The translations under genes and the position numbers were made by a program. DNA of 64,000 bases from Escherichia phage 235Ecol030PP, in sequence record PP355091.1; one strand, given 5' to 3'. Shown here in pieces: positions 39,900-49,533 of this stretch. The notes beneath the pieces were generated by a model. That model saw nothing but the letters and a program-made list of their open reading frames with translations, ran no database searches and was not told where the DNA came from. How positions within the stretch are numbered: the stretch's first letter is position 1; each line of letters begins with the position of its first letter.

Positions 39900-40223
39900 T
39901 TAGTCTTCTATGATATCTCTATCATATCCAAGTGAAATGAGAGTTTCTTTGAAGTGTTTAATGTTCTTTTGTCTAGAACCATTGATGAAAATGACTGGAT
40001 AACGAATGTTAAGAGATGTGAATCCAGCACGTTTAGCAAGAGATACAATCAGTGGACGATCATACTCAATCTTACCGTTATTTGTAAGAACTTTATAGAA
40101 AGTAAAAGGAGCATTGAGCTCCTTTAGAAGTTTTGTAACTGATTGACATCCAGGACAACGACCTACTTCTTCGGGGATGCCATAGATTTCAATCTTATTC
40201 TTTAAGTTCGAGTTTTGTTCCAC
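39900..40223 (-). CDS. nrdH: glutaredoxin/NrdH-like thioredoxin-fold protein; start codon uncertain (GTG shown, no in-frame ATG nearby)
   Basis: KIEIYGIPEE...CPGC redox motif; upstream in-frame extension looks like non-coding translation. Confidence 0.6.
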   Translation of the reverse strand: MEQNSNLKNKIEIYGIPEEVGRCPGCQSVTKLLKELNAPFTFYKVLTNNGKIEYDRPLIVSLAKRAGFTSLNIRYPVIFINGSRQKNIKHFKETLISLGYDRDIIED

Positions 40224-40506
40224 GAGAAATAATTCCTTGATAAGCCCAGTATGGCGGGTTAACAGAATCCTCACCAGAGTTTTCTTCAGGAAAATAAACC
40301 TGGATAACAAATCCAGATGCATCAAAGGTAAAATAAACCGTAGGCAGTTCACCTAACAATTCGGCACGAGCATTAATTTCTTCGAGATCTCGTTCACGTC
40401 CAGCCCAAAAACTAGGATTTAGACTACATTCGTAAAAATAATAGTCATTACCGAACATATCAAAACCATTCCAACTCTCTACTACATACCGCTCAAAACT
40501 AATCAT
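40195..40506 (-). CDS. hypothetical protein, 103 aa
   Basis: ORF whose stop lies 1 nt before the conserved start of the glutaredoxin fold. Confidence 0.55.
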   Translation of the reverse strand: MISFERYVVESWNGFDMFGNDYYFYECSLNPSFWAGRERDLEEINARAELLGELPTVYFTFDASGFVIQVYFPEENSGEDSVNPPYWAYQGIISRGTKLELKE

Positions 40507-40508
40507 AA

Positions 40509-40724
40509 TTAAGCCTTTTTATCAAGAACAGCATTCAGCTTGTTAGTAATTTTATCCAGACGCTCATTAAACTCACTAGAAGATAAACCCTTTTCTGGAG
40601 AAATCAAACTAATCACGAAAAATATAGCAATAAAAGGAATAAGGAAAATAGCTCCAACTGCCATAAACAGAAAGAATGTTACAGTTGTAAGAAAATCAGC
40701 TAAACCTTTACGAAATTTATACAT
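40509..40724 (-). CDS. small membrane protein, 71 aa
   Basis: long hydrophobic stretch TVTFFLFMAVGAIFLIPFIAIFFVISLI. Confidence 0.55.
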   Translation of the reverse strand: MYKFRKGLADFLTTVTFFLFMAVGAIFLIPFIAIFFVISLISPEKGLSSSEFNERLDKITNKLNAVLDKKA

Positions 40725-40839
40725 ATTTTACCCTTAATTAATTAACCAAGCATTGATAAGCACTAAACTATACTGCGAATAAAATTCTGGACCAAAATGA
40801 AAAATCATATCATTTATAGTATCCATAATATAATTCAAT

Positions 40840-41310
40840 TTAATCATGTTTCCACACCCCATCGGTATTTGACCAAAGTCGCTGATTATCTGATCCTCGC
40901 CACAGCTTTTTAGTCGGAAGATTTTTCTCATACTTCCCATCAATAATAACATCAACATATTTAAGCATTTCTAGTTGTTTAATATCTTCAAACTTATATC
41001 CTGTCCACAACCAAATGCTTTTATTTGGATAAAGATTTTTTACTGTTTGAACAATGCAATGAATAACATCTCGATTATCAGGATAGAGAGGGTCACCTCC
41101 GGTTATAGTCAATCCTTCTATATAATCATTATTCAAACATTCAATTAATTGTTCTAGTGTTTCACCAGTGAATGGAATACCATTTCTAGCATTCCATGTT
41201 GATTTATTATAACACCCTTCGCATTTATGCAAACAACCTGTAACGAAAAGAACTGTCCTGCATCCAGGGCCATTCACAAAGCAGCACGGGTATATTCTGT
41301 CATAATTCAT
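40840..41310 (-). CDS. nrdG: anaerobic RNR activating protein (radical SAM), 156 aa
   Basis: CxxxCxxC cluster (CLHKCEGCYN), size 156 aa. Confidence 0.85.
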   Translation of the reverse strand: MNYDRIYPCCFVNGPGCRTVLFVTGCLHKCEGCYNKSTWNARNGIPFTGETLEQLIECLNNDYIEGLTITGGDPLYPDNRDVIHCIVQTVKNLYPNKSIWLWTGYKFEDIKQLEMLKYVDVIIDGKYEKNLPTKKLWRGSDNQRLWSNTDGVWKHD

Positions 41311-42139
41311 TTATATATTTCCAATTATAGCCTTCAACACTTTTACGTTCGCCATTTAAACATTTTAAAATATTTCCTTTGCTAGAAATATTAAAATATT
41401 TTGCTGCGTCTGGTATATAATTAAATGTTTTTAAAAGAACACCATCTTTATATGCGCCAAATAAATTAAGAGTATATTTTTCTCGAAGACGTTGATGTTT
41501 CCTTTTCATAACCTCAGGATTTGCATACGCCAACCTCAATGAATTTCTATGTTTTTCTTTTACTTCAGGTTTTTGCATTGCTAACTTAGTTAGCCTGGAA
41601 ATTTTATTTCTAACTTCGTCAGTTTTCATTGCATTTGACAAATTTAATAAAGTTTTATTTCTAACTTCAGGTTTTTGCATTGCTAACTTAGTTAGTTCTC
41701 TATGTCTTTTTCTAAAATCGTCATCCTTCCATATATTTTTCGATAATTTTGACATAGAGCGGTGAAATAATTCCTTTTCACCGGAATACAATTTAAGAAT
41801 TTCATCCAATTCATCTGTATTAAATCTATCGGTATTCGAGTTTATCATTCTATGAAAGGCATAACACATTTTACTATTACTTGTTTTAGCTAAATAGTAA
41901 TGAGCTAACGCGTGGTCATAATATGACAAATTAACAATATTCCATTTATCTGTTTTATATTCAGGAAATATAGATTTGGGAAGCACGTGATGTGCTTCCG
42001 TTTTTCCTTTTATTTTAGGATTATTATAATTTTTTGTTATCAAATCAACATATGACAATAGTAAATCATTATTTTCTTCAAATATTAAAGATAATTTATC
42101 ATTCACAAAATCGCAAGGATAAAATCTATCATAATTCAT
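41300..42139 (-). CDS. HNH homing endonuclease (Mob-like), 279 aa, with NUMOD3 repeats
   Basis: AHHVLP...N...DHALAH HNH motif; duplicated LTKLAMQKPEV units; first 13 codons mimic the nrdG N-terminus. Confidence 0.75.
   Translation of the reverse strand: MNYDRFYPCDFVNDKLSLIFEENNDLLLSYVDLITKNYNNPKIKGKTEAHHVLPKSIFPEYKTDKWNIVNLSYYDHALAHYYLAKTSNSKMCYAFHRMINSNTDRFNTDELDEILKLYSGEKELFHRSMSKLSKNIWKDDDFRKRHRELTKLAMQKPEVRNKTLLNLSNAMKTDEVRNKISRLTKLAMQKPEVKEKHRNSLRLAYANPEVMKRKHQRLREKYTLNLFGAYKDGVLLKTFNYIPDAAKYFNISSKGNILKCLNGERKSVEGYNWKYINEL
41566..41700. repeat. direct repeat of ~27 nt within the HNH gene (NUMOD3 repeat units)
   Basis: aggtttttgcattgctaacttagttag occurs twice about 103 nt apart. Confidence 0.8.
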
Positions 42140-43441
42140 TGGTGTTTAACCCTATGCATGATTTCTTTATTTTTACCGAGATTAAATCCGCGTTCGTTCG
42201 GGTTTCCAAGATATCCGCATGTTCTTCTTATGGTGTTCATCTTTTTAGGATCAGTTTCTCCACAAATAGAACAAACAAATCCGTTTTCAGTAGGAGTCAT
42301 TTCATGGGTACTTCCACATGTAAAACATTTATCTACTGGCATATTAACACCAAAATAATCTAAATGCTGTGCAGCATAATCCCATACGGCCTCAAGACCT
42401 TTTAGGTTATTTTTCATATCAGGAAGTTCAACATAAGAAATGTGACCACCTGTCGCAATGAAATGATATGGGGCTTCGCGAGAAATCTTTTCAAACGGAG
42501 TAATATTTTCTTCTACTGAAACATGGAAACTGTTAGTGTACCAGCCTTTATCAGTAACATCTTTTACACTTCCATATTTTTCTGTATCAAGTTTACAGAA
42601 GCGATAACAAAGGTTTTCAGCAGGAGTCGAATACAAACTAAAAGCAAACCCAGTTCTTTCAGTCCACTGTTTAAGACGAGCATTCATTTTAGTTAAAATT
42701 TCTTGTCCAATATCACGACCGACAAGAATATTCAATTCATGAATACCAATGTATCCTAAAGACACTGAACTTCTGCCATTTTTAAATAACTCAATTATAT
42801 CGTCATCAGGTTTAAGACGAACCCCGAATGCACCTTCTTGGTAAAGAATAGGAGCAACAGTCGCTTTAACTCCTTTTAAGGAACTAATTCTACACATCAA
42901 TGCTTCAAAACATAAATCCATTCGTTCATTGAACAATTCAACAAATTTCTGTTCATTGAACTGTGTTCCAATATAAGAATCTAACGCAATACGAGGAAGA
43001 TTCAATGTTACAACGCCAAGATTATTACGTCCATCAAGAATTTCATTACCAGTCGAATCTTTCCATACGCTCAAGAAACTACGGCAACCCATTGGAGAAA
43101 CAGGAATAGATGAACCGGTGATAGCTTTATTGTTCTTAGCTGAAATAATATCAGGATACATTCTTTTGCTTGCACACTTTAGAGCAAGCTGCTTAATATC
43201 ATAGTTCGGATCGTCTTTGTAAAGATTAACGCCTTCTTCGACGAACATAACAAGCTTAGGGAAAATAGGAGTTATCCCATCACGACCAAGACCTTTAATA
43301 CGATTTTTCAGAATTGCTTTCTGAATCATTCGTTCAGTCCAGTCAGTTCCCGTACCAAATGTAATTGTTACAAAAGGAGTCTGTCCGTTTGAACTGAAAA
43401 GTGTATTTACTTCATCATTATATTCAGCATGAGTCGCAAAT
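42136..43441 (-). CDS. nrdD: anaerobic ribonucleotide reductase NrdD, exon 2 (boundary approximate)
   Basis: C-terminal glycyl radical motif RRTCGYLG and CxxC zinc ribbon; 5' limit set by the upstream endonuclease stop. Confidence 0.8.
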
Positions 43442-44470
43442 TCATGCTCGTTTATATGAAACAACAAAATTTGGATAGTCCATAGATATGCAACGTTCTT
43501 TTATAGTGCTAGGATGAAAATTTAGCGCTTTAGCTGCTTCTATATAAGACGTATACTTAATACCGTCAACAACCACATATTCAGGAACTTTATGAATAGT
43601 AGTCTTAATACTCAAAACAAGAGGATGAGTTTCGACTTCACTTTCAGTGCAATTTAAATATTCCGCTGCTTTTTTAAAACTTCTAAAAGTTTTATTTTTA
43701 AGCTTTATCGATACTTGTTTTTTACTTTTTCGACTATTGATATTATTTTGCACATGTTCCTTAGATCTTCCGTTTTTAGCATAATATTCAGCTACAGAAG
43801 ATTTTATATTGTTTTTATGAGATTCGGATAACACTTTACCCTTATGAGCATCTCTTAATTTTTGAATATGTTCTTCAGTATCCGGATGCTTATAAAACTT
43901 TTTACCGCCTATGGATTTATTTAAACATTTTTTGCTATAAAAATATTTACGTATGACCTCTTCTTCATGTTTTAATGCATCTTTATAACTATCAAATGTT
44001 TTTAAAATTATCCATTTAGTAGGTGTATCAGTTTTTAAGCGTTCATTTATATACTTAGATGACGTTGTGTAAGTTTTCCAGTTTGTGGGCTTGTTTTTAA
44101 TTGTTCTAAATTTTTTATAACCGATATAAATGTCGCCATTAGAAAACTTAACTAAGTATGTAAATGCGTCTTTATCTTTTATTTTAGTACAACGTCTTTT
44201 TATCCATTTCATTGTTTCACCTCGTATTCATAAGATAATCTTATTTATACAAGATGACTGCTGCATGTCGCCATGCAGATTAGACTATATCTTCATCTTT
44301 CGATGCCGGCCGTTTCGAATAGCATTAGCTTCTATTCTACACCGCTACATTCATCACGGTTAGTCGTTAGGCATTTAGTTCAAAAGAACATTTAGCACGG
44401 GATTGTCTACTAGAGAGGTTCCCCGTTTAGACCGGTTTTACATGAGCCTGAATTAAATTAACTCATACGC
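43431..44470 (-). mobile_element. group I intron in nrdD carrying a GIY-YIG endonuclease ORF (boundaries approximate)
   Basis: nrdD frame interrupted; conserved group I core strings (AAGATATAGTC S-element-like, AAACGGGGAAC) at 44213-44452. Confidence 0.75.
43442..44212 (-). CDS. intron-encoded GIY-YIG homing endonuclease (I-TevII-like), 256 aa
   Basis: GDIYIGYKK GIY-YIG motif; located inside the nrdD intron. Confidence 0.75.
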   Translation of the reverse strand: MKWIKRRCTKIKDKDAFTYLVKFSNGDIYIGYKKFRTIKNKPTNWKTYTTSSKYINERLKTDTPTKWIILKTFDSYKDALKHEEEVIRKYFYSKKCLNKSIGGKKFYKHPDTEEHIQKLRDAHKGKVLSESHKNNIKSSVAEYYAKNGRSKEHVQNNINSRKSKKQVSIKLKNKTFRSFKKAAEYLNCTESEVETHPLVLSIKTTIHKVPEYVVVDGIKYTSYIEAAKALNFHPSTIKERCISMDYPNFVVSYKRA

Positions 44471-44998
44471 CTGAAACGCGTCATAGACATCTTTTTCTGT
44501 TTTAGATTGAGCATAATTCAACGCATCAGCGATTTGCCATTTTTCTGCATCCTCAATATGTTTTGCATAGGTGCGTTTAACATAAGGAGAAAGTACTTTA
44601 TCTACATTCGCAAAAGTCGTTCCGCCATATTGATGGGAAGCAACCTGTGCAGTAATTTGTGCCATAATTGCAGTAGCAACGCCAATTGATTTAGGAGTTT
44701 CAATCTGTGCATTACCGAGCTTAAATCCGTTCTCAAGCATTCCTTTTAAATCTACTAAACAGCAATTAGTAAATGGAAGAGCAGGGGAATAATCAATATC
44801 GTGCACGTGAATAATTCCGCTTTCATGCGCTTTCATAATAAAAGACGGGACCATATTTTTGGCAATGTGTTTAGACACAATACCAGCCATAAGGTCCCGT
44901 TGAGTTGGAAAAACACGAGAATCTTTATTAGCATTCTCGTTTAAAAGGTCTTTATTAGTTTTATGAATCAATCCTTCAATTTCTTTTTCAATTGTCAT
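44456..44998 (-). CDS. nrdD: NrdD exon 1 (3' limit approximate; in-frame stop at 44453-44455 lies inside the intron)
   Basis: N-terminal region of class III RNR; frame runs into intron sequence. Confidence 0.75.
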
Positions 44999-45468
44999 TT
45001 TAAACTCTTTCTAAGCTGCTTCTTAAATGAAGCTATTAACTGTGTTTTGGTGTCAGATTCATTATATTCAAATCCTCTTTGAAGCATCTCGGCCATCATT
45101 TCCTCTTTTCCTAAACGAGAAAATTCCTTTGATTTATCTCCAACAAAGTTAGGGTGAATATTATTTTGGGTGTAATCGGATTTTAAATAAGTAAGTAAAT
45201 TTTCTAACCATTCAAGATAATCAACACCTTGTCCCTTTAAGCCAGAACGATTAAATTTATGCTTCATTTGACCTTCTGCGGCATTGCAGAGATTACAAAG
45301 CAATCCACGCACCTTTCCTGCTTTTGGTCCATTTAATTCATGGTCATGGTCGAGGTGATTAGCTTGAACATCAGGATTTAGTTCTCGTTGGCAAATTAAG
45401 CATTTACCGTTTTGTGCATTATAAAATTTCTGTTTTTCTTCTTTATATAATTTGCCAGTCAATAACAT
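44995..45468 (-). CDS. 49: endonuclease VII (Holliday junction resolvase), 157 aa
   Basis: CxxC...HLDHDH...CNLCN zinc/His-Me motifs; size 157 aa. Confidence 0.85.
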   Translation of the reverse strand: MLLTGKLYKEEKQKFYNAQNGKCLICQRELNPDVQANHLDHDHELNGPKAGKVRGLLCNLCNAAEGQMKHKFNRSGLKGQGVDYLEWLENLLTYLKSDYTQNNIHPNFVGDKSKEFSRLGKEEMMAEMLQRGFEYNESDTKTQLIASFKKQLRKSLK

Positions 45469-45507
45469 AATAAAACCCTTACCTTAAATAGATAAGGGTA
45501 TTTATTA

Positions 45508-45684
45508 TTTTCAAGTATTGTAAAACATTCGATGCAATCGTTTATACTGTCGAATCATCTTTTTAGTAGGACGAGAATAGGTTCCTACGCAAGTGGTCAT
45601 ATGAGGGTCCGTAGAATGTCCTTTAATAAAAAGTTTCCAAACCTTACCGCCATTTAACTTTTCAGTATAAACCAATTCGGTTTT
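45508..45684 (-). CDS. small protein, 58 aa, sharing its C-terminal 15 residues with the upstream gene
   Basis: hand-translated; ends ...IRQYKRLHRMFYNT. Confidence 0.4.
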
Positions 45685-45723
45685 CATTAAAATGCCTTGT
45701 CAGAAAAAGAATTTTGAGTTTTT

Positions 45724-46227
45724 TCAAGTATTGTAAAACATTTGATGCAATCGCTTATATTGCCGAATCTTTTGGTCAGAAAAAGAAATTTGATTTTCAA
45801 GCCATTCAATGTATTCTGCGGCAGCTTGCATCAGGTTACCTTCATAGCCATCGTTATTTTCTTGTGCAGCTAATTTAGCTAATGCGTATGAAATACGTTC
45901 ACCTTGAAAATCGGCTTTAGGCTTCTGAACAACTTGATTAGTTTGCTCTACAACTTCTTCAATTTCGCCATTTTCTACTGATTCAGTATTCCACAAACAC
46001 CAATACGTAATTGGCTTATCGTAGATGTTAATAATCTTTCCATCAGAAAGTTCAATTTCAATAATTCCAGTATCAGGTTCTATATCATCTTCACATTCTT
46101 TTGCAAGTTCACGAACTTTAAAGACAGTACCTGCACTAAGTTCCGGCCAGTAATTACATAGCCCTGTATCAGCACGATTAATTCTAAACCACTTATCTAC
46201 TGTAATCATGTCCCATCTCCATATCAA
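45724..46227 (-). CDS. hypothetical protein, 167 aa
   Basis: ORF; C-terminus ...IRQYKRLHQMFYNT. Confidence 0.55.
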   Translation of the reverse strand: MIWRWDMITVDKWFRINRADTGLCNYWPELSAGTVFKVRELAKECEDDIEPDTGIIEIELSDGKIINIYDKPITYWCLWNTESVENGEIEEVVEQTNQVVQKPKADFQGERISYALAKLAAQENNDGYEGNLMQAAAEYIEWLENQISFSDQKIRQYKRLHQMFYNT

Positions 46228-46504
46228 TTAAGTCATTTATCATTGGTTCATTATACACCGTTTCTTCATCAGTGTAAACCGGTTCTTCCGGCTCTGGCTC
46301 TACAGTTTCCCATCTAGCCGCCCACCAAGGTTTAACCCCGAAGCTTATTAAGTTCTTCATAATCAATCCAGGATTCTAATCCTGATGGCAAATCAGATTC
46401 AATTTCCCAAAGAAGCTCTTCAATTTTCTGAAGACGATCTAGTTCTTCGGCTGGAATAGTAACCATTGATGGAGTTCTTGATACACTAATATCGTAAATC
46501 ATAT

Positions 46505-46720
46505 TTACCCCAGTTTGACCATACAATCGCCGTATTTCCACTTAGAAATAGACTTTTCACCGTTAGAATAATAAACTTCGAGTTTAGCACGATTATTTTT
46601 AATTTGAATAACCTTGGCTGTCATCAAAGTTCCATACCCGTAATAAACTGCAACTTCATCACCTACATATACCGCGCTTCCGCGGTAATCATGGATATAA
46701 TCAGTTCCTTCGAGAATCAT
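46505..46720 (-). CDS. hypothetical protein, 71 aa
   Basis: ORF coupled to nrdC. Confidence 0.5.
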   Translation of the reverse strand: MILEGTDYIHDYRGSAVYVGDEVAVYYGYGTLMTAKVIQIKNNRAKLEVYYSNGEKSISKWKYGDCMVKLG

Positions 46721-46980
46721 TTAAAGTATTCCCGCAATTGGTCAAATCCACCAATATGACTTCCATCAGGAGCAAATACCTGAGGCATCGTCAATCCGAT
46801 TTGAGTATCACGACCTAGTTTAGTCAGAAGCTCAGCAATTTTCTCATCATCAAAAACACCTTTTTCCGGCATAATGTTGATAAATTCAAACGGCTGTTTC
46901 TTCACAGTCAAAAGACGTTTTGCATTATCACAATACACACATTTATGAATGTTGCTATCATAACCATATACTTTAAACAT
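46717..46980 (-). CDS. nrdC: thioredoxin/glutaredoxin NrdC, 87 aa
   Basis: CVYC active site, size 87 aa. Confidence 0.85.
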   Translation of the reverse strand: MFKVYGYDSNIHKCVYCDNAKRLLTVKKQPFEFINIMPEKGVFDDEKIAELLTKLGRDTQIGLTMPQVFAPDGSHIGGFDQLREYFK

Positions 46981-47210
46981 ATTATTCCTTAATTCCTAGT
47001 ACTTGTTTAAAAGTCTCGTCGTAATCAAGACTTTGGCCCGTTTGTTCTTTATGTTTGTATATAATATCACTTACTTCTGATAGCATATTTTTATATGAAC
47101 GAGTTAAAGCAGATTTAAGCACGCTGTATCTATCAGGAAATTTACCATGTTCATTATAATAAGCTATTGCTAATTCACGGACTGCCTTTTCAGCAGTCTC
47201 CATATATTCT

Positions 47211-47525
47211 TTACGCTTGGTCATTTTCTTCTCGGTCAAATCGGTGTTTACAATGGCGACATTTATAACGAAGATTACTAGTCTGCCAATGGACCAATTG
47301 CACCTGTTCAGTTCCACATTCAGGGCAATTAGGAACGTTTTTAGAAGCACGTTCGCGACGTTCAACCATGACCATTACAGAATCCCAATTAACAGGAGGG
47401 CTATAATCATCACAACCATGAATCTTTCCACGCATTTCCAGATCGTCTTCTTCACCAGCCATAATAATTTTAATTAGACTGGAATTACTAGAAGCTGCAA
47501 TATCTTCTAATAGACGCTTTTTCAT
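47211..47525 (-). CDS. zinc-ribbon protein, 104 aa
   Basis: CPECG...CRHC. Confidence 0.5.
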
Positions 47526-48448
47526 TTCAATACCTCAATAGCATTACGTAAACCATTTGCTTTGGCGGTTAAAGCCTTAAGAACTTTAGTATGCTCTTCA
47601 ATTTGTTTTTCAACTTCAATCAAACGGGCACTGAGATATTCACGTTCTTCGCTCAAGTTATCAACCTTTTCTACTTTAGGTTCTTTTACAACTGGCTTAT
47701 ACGTATTAGGGTTCTTCAGTTTAATTAGAATGCGTGAACTGTATAACATTGAACCATTATCTTCGGTTTCATCATACATTTCCACTACGTCCATGATTTT
47801 TAACATCATGCGGAGTTTATAAGACAACGAACGAATAGTTTTGTTGTGCTTATTAATTTCTTTAGCTGTCATGGTGCCGAGATTACGTGAGTAATAATAA
47901 GGAACCTGGATATTAATTAATACTGATGAACCACCTGGCTTGTGTGTTACTTCATCAGCAATAACCCAGTCCTTAACATGAACTGTATTTGTACGGTCAT
48001 CGCCTGCGGTAAATAGTTTACGAGCATGCTTAAAAAGCATATTCACTTGGTCATTGAATTGACAAGCAAATTTATCAGCAAATTTAGTTTCAGGAATGGT
48101 AGATAACCAATCAGCCAAATGGGTCTTTTTAACATCGTTAACAATAGTAAATTCAACCAAATCGGTTATAGATGTCTCAGATTTAATGAAGCTCGGCTTC
48201 ATAAAATTTTTAATGTTATCGCGAGCTACAGTAGAAGATAACATACGAGAACGTTTAAACCATTCAAGCAAATTGCCCAACGAATGAGAATAAGCGTTTT
48301 GAGTATCTTTACAGATATGATTTTCCTGGCCAACATATTGAAGGAAATCACGAAGAATATTATTAATTACTGCTCTGTGTCCGATCTGATAATTGCGGTG
48401 TTTAGTAATAAGACTGTCAAAATAATCAATATAATGTTTACGAGTCAT
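47522..48448 (-). CDS. hypothetical protein with C-terminal coiled coil, ~308 aa
   Basis: start trimmed to ATG after SD GAGGAG; amphipathic heptad-like C-terminus. Confidence 0.65.
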   Translation of the reverse strand: MTRKHYIDYFDSLITKHRNYQIGHRAVINNILRDFLQYVGQENHICKDTQNAYSHSLGNLLEWFKRSRMLSSTVARDNIKNFMKPSFIKSETSITDLVEFTIVNDVKKTHLADWLSTIPETKFADKFACQFNDQVNMLFKHARKLFTAGDDRTNTVHVKDWVIADEVTHKPGGSSVLINIQVPYYYSRNLGTMTAKEINKHNKTIRSLSYKLRMMLKIMDVVEMYDETEDNGSMLYSSRILIKLKNPNTYKPVVKEPKVEKVDNLSEEREYLSARLIEVEKQIEEHTKVLKALTAKANGLRNAIEVLK

Positions 48449-48477
48449 ATTAATCTCCTCAGTAGAAAGTAAGAACA

Positions 48478-48506
48478 TTATACCACATCCTTGTGGCAAA
48501 GTAAAC
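48478..48506 (-). promoter_or_regulatory. T4-type early promoter
   Basis: GTTTAC...TGGTATAAT. Confidence 0.7.
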
Positions 48507-49525
48507 TAGTTCAGTGCATTTAGTGCATTGTTCAGTTTAGAACGTTGCTTTGTCAGATTTTGAACCCTTGACTGAGCTTGTTCTAACGCCTTTTCAGCTT
48601 CTAACACTTCATTGGTCGCTTTAACGAGTTCATCATCTACTGCCTTAAGAGACTTCTCAATCGCATCCGCGTGCCATTTTTCAACAGGTTTAAGACTCGG
48701 ATTTTCAATAGGAAGAAAATTCACTTTATTGAATTTCCATGCATCTTTATTACTTGAACTATACATCCAAAATTTAGGATCGTTTGATGAGTAATTAGAT
48801 AAATTTAAGTTATCTTGCACTTCTTGCTTTTTCTCTTGCGGGACTTCGTCCTTTCTCAAAAAATCGTATTTAAATGAAACGATCATATCAAGTTCATATG
48901 TTGTTGTATGTTCCCAATTTCGTTCAAAACGAGGTAAAATCTTAGATTGAACAGCAGCAACAACATCCATATACTTAAATGCTTCTGTCAACTGTGATTT
49001 AAGGCATTCACAAATTGAAAGAGAATTTTTAGTATTAGGCTTAAAGCTAATTCGTGCAGTTCTATTATTTTCTTTTAACGGTCTTACTTCCATCCGAAGA
49101 GTATAACCATCAAATTTCAGATTCTTTAAGTTAATATCAGAACCTTTTAATCGACTAGCCGTCGACAAAATTTGCTTTAATTGTTTACGGAACAGAGCAA
49201 TAAATCTCCATTCAAGACGATAATGATTTGGATTAAAAAATCCTGTTGATAAATCGACCTTACTTTGACCAACGCCTTGAACAAATAGAGGATTTTTATA
49301 ATCAATAGTTTTACAGAAATCGGTGAGCTGCTCACGAGCAGTCATTTGAGTAATATACCCTGCTTTACTAAAATTACGCACCCATTCACTGCTATTCATA
49401 TACTTAAAGTGAATGGAACTATTAACTCTATCAGGGTCTAAATTATTTTGGCACAAAAATGTCATAACATTACGAGTATAGCTGGCATTACGAACCATAT
49501 CTTCAATTTGAGAACGAGTTTTCAT
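48506..49525 (-). CDS. hypothetical protein with C-terminal coiled coil, 339 aa
   Basis: ORF; C-terminal LEAEKALEQAQSRVQNL... Confidence 0.65.
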   Translation of the reverse strand: MKTRSQIEDMVRNASYTRNVMTFLCQNNLDPDRVNSSIHFKYMNSSEWVRNFSKAGYITQMTAREQLTDFCKTIDYKNPLFVQGVGQSKVDLSTGFFNPNHYRLEWRFIALFRKQLKQILSTASRLKGSDINLKNLKFDGYTLRMEVRPLKENNRTARISFKPNTKNSLSICECLKSQLTEAFKYMDVVAAVQSKILPRFERNWEHTTTYELDMIVSFKYDFLRKDEVPQEKKQEVQDNLNLSNYSSNDPKFWMYSSSNKDAWKFNKVNFLPIENPSLKPVEKWHADAIEKSLKAVDDELVKATNEVLEAEKALEQAQSRVQNLTKQRSKLNNALNALN

Positions 49526-49533
49526 GGTGTTCC

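Noticed and set aside
39900-40352. 150-aa extended version of the nrdH-like ORF
   Set aside because: The first ~45 residues overlap the upstream gene in another frame and translate as hydrophobic nonsense; only the thioredoxin-fold portion was kept.
40734-40958. 74-aa ORF overlapping the nrdG 3' end
   Set aside because: Overlaps the radical-SAM gene in another frame for ~120 nt; no independent support.
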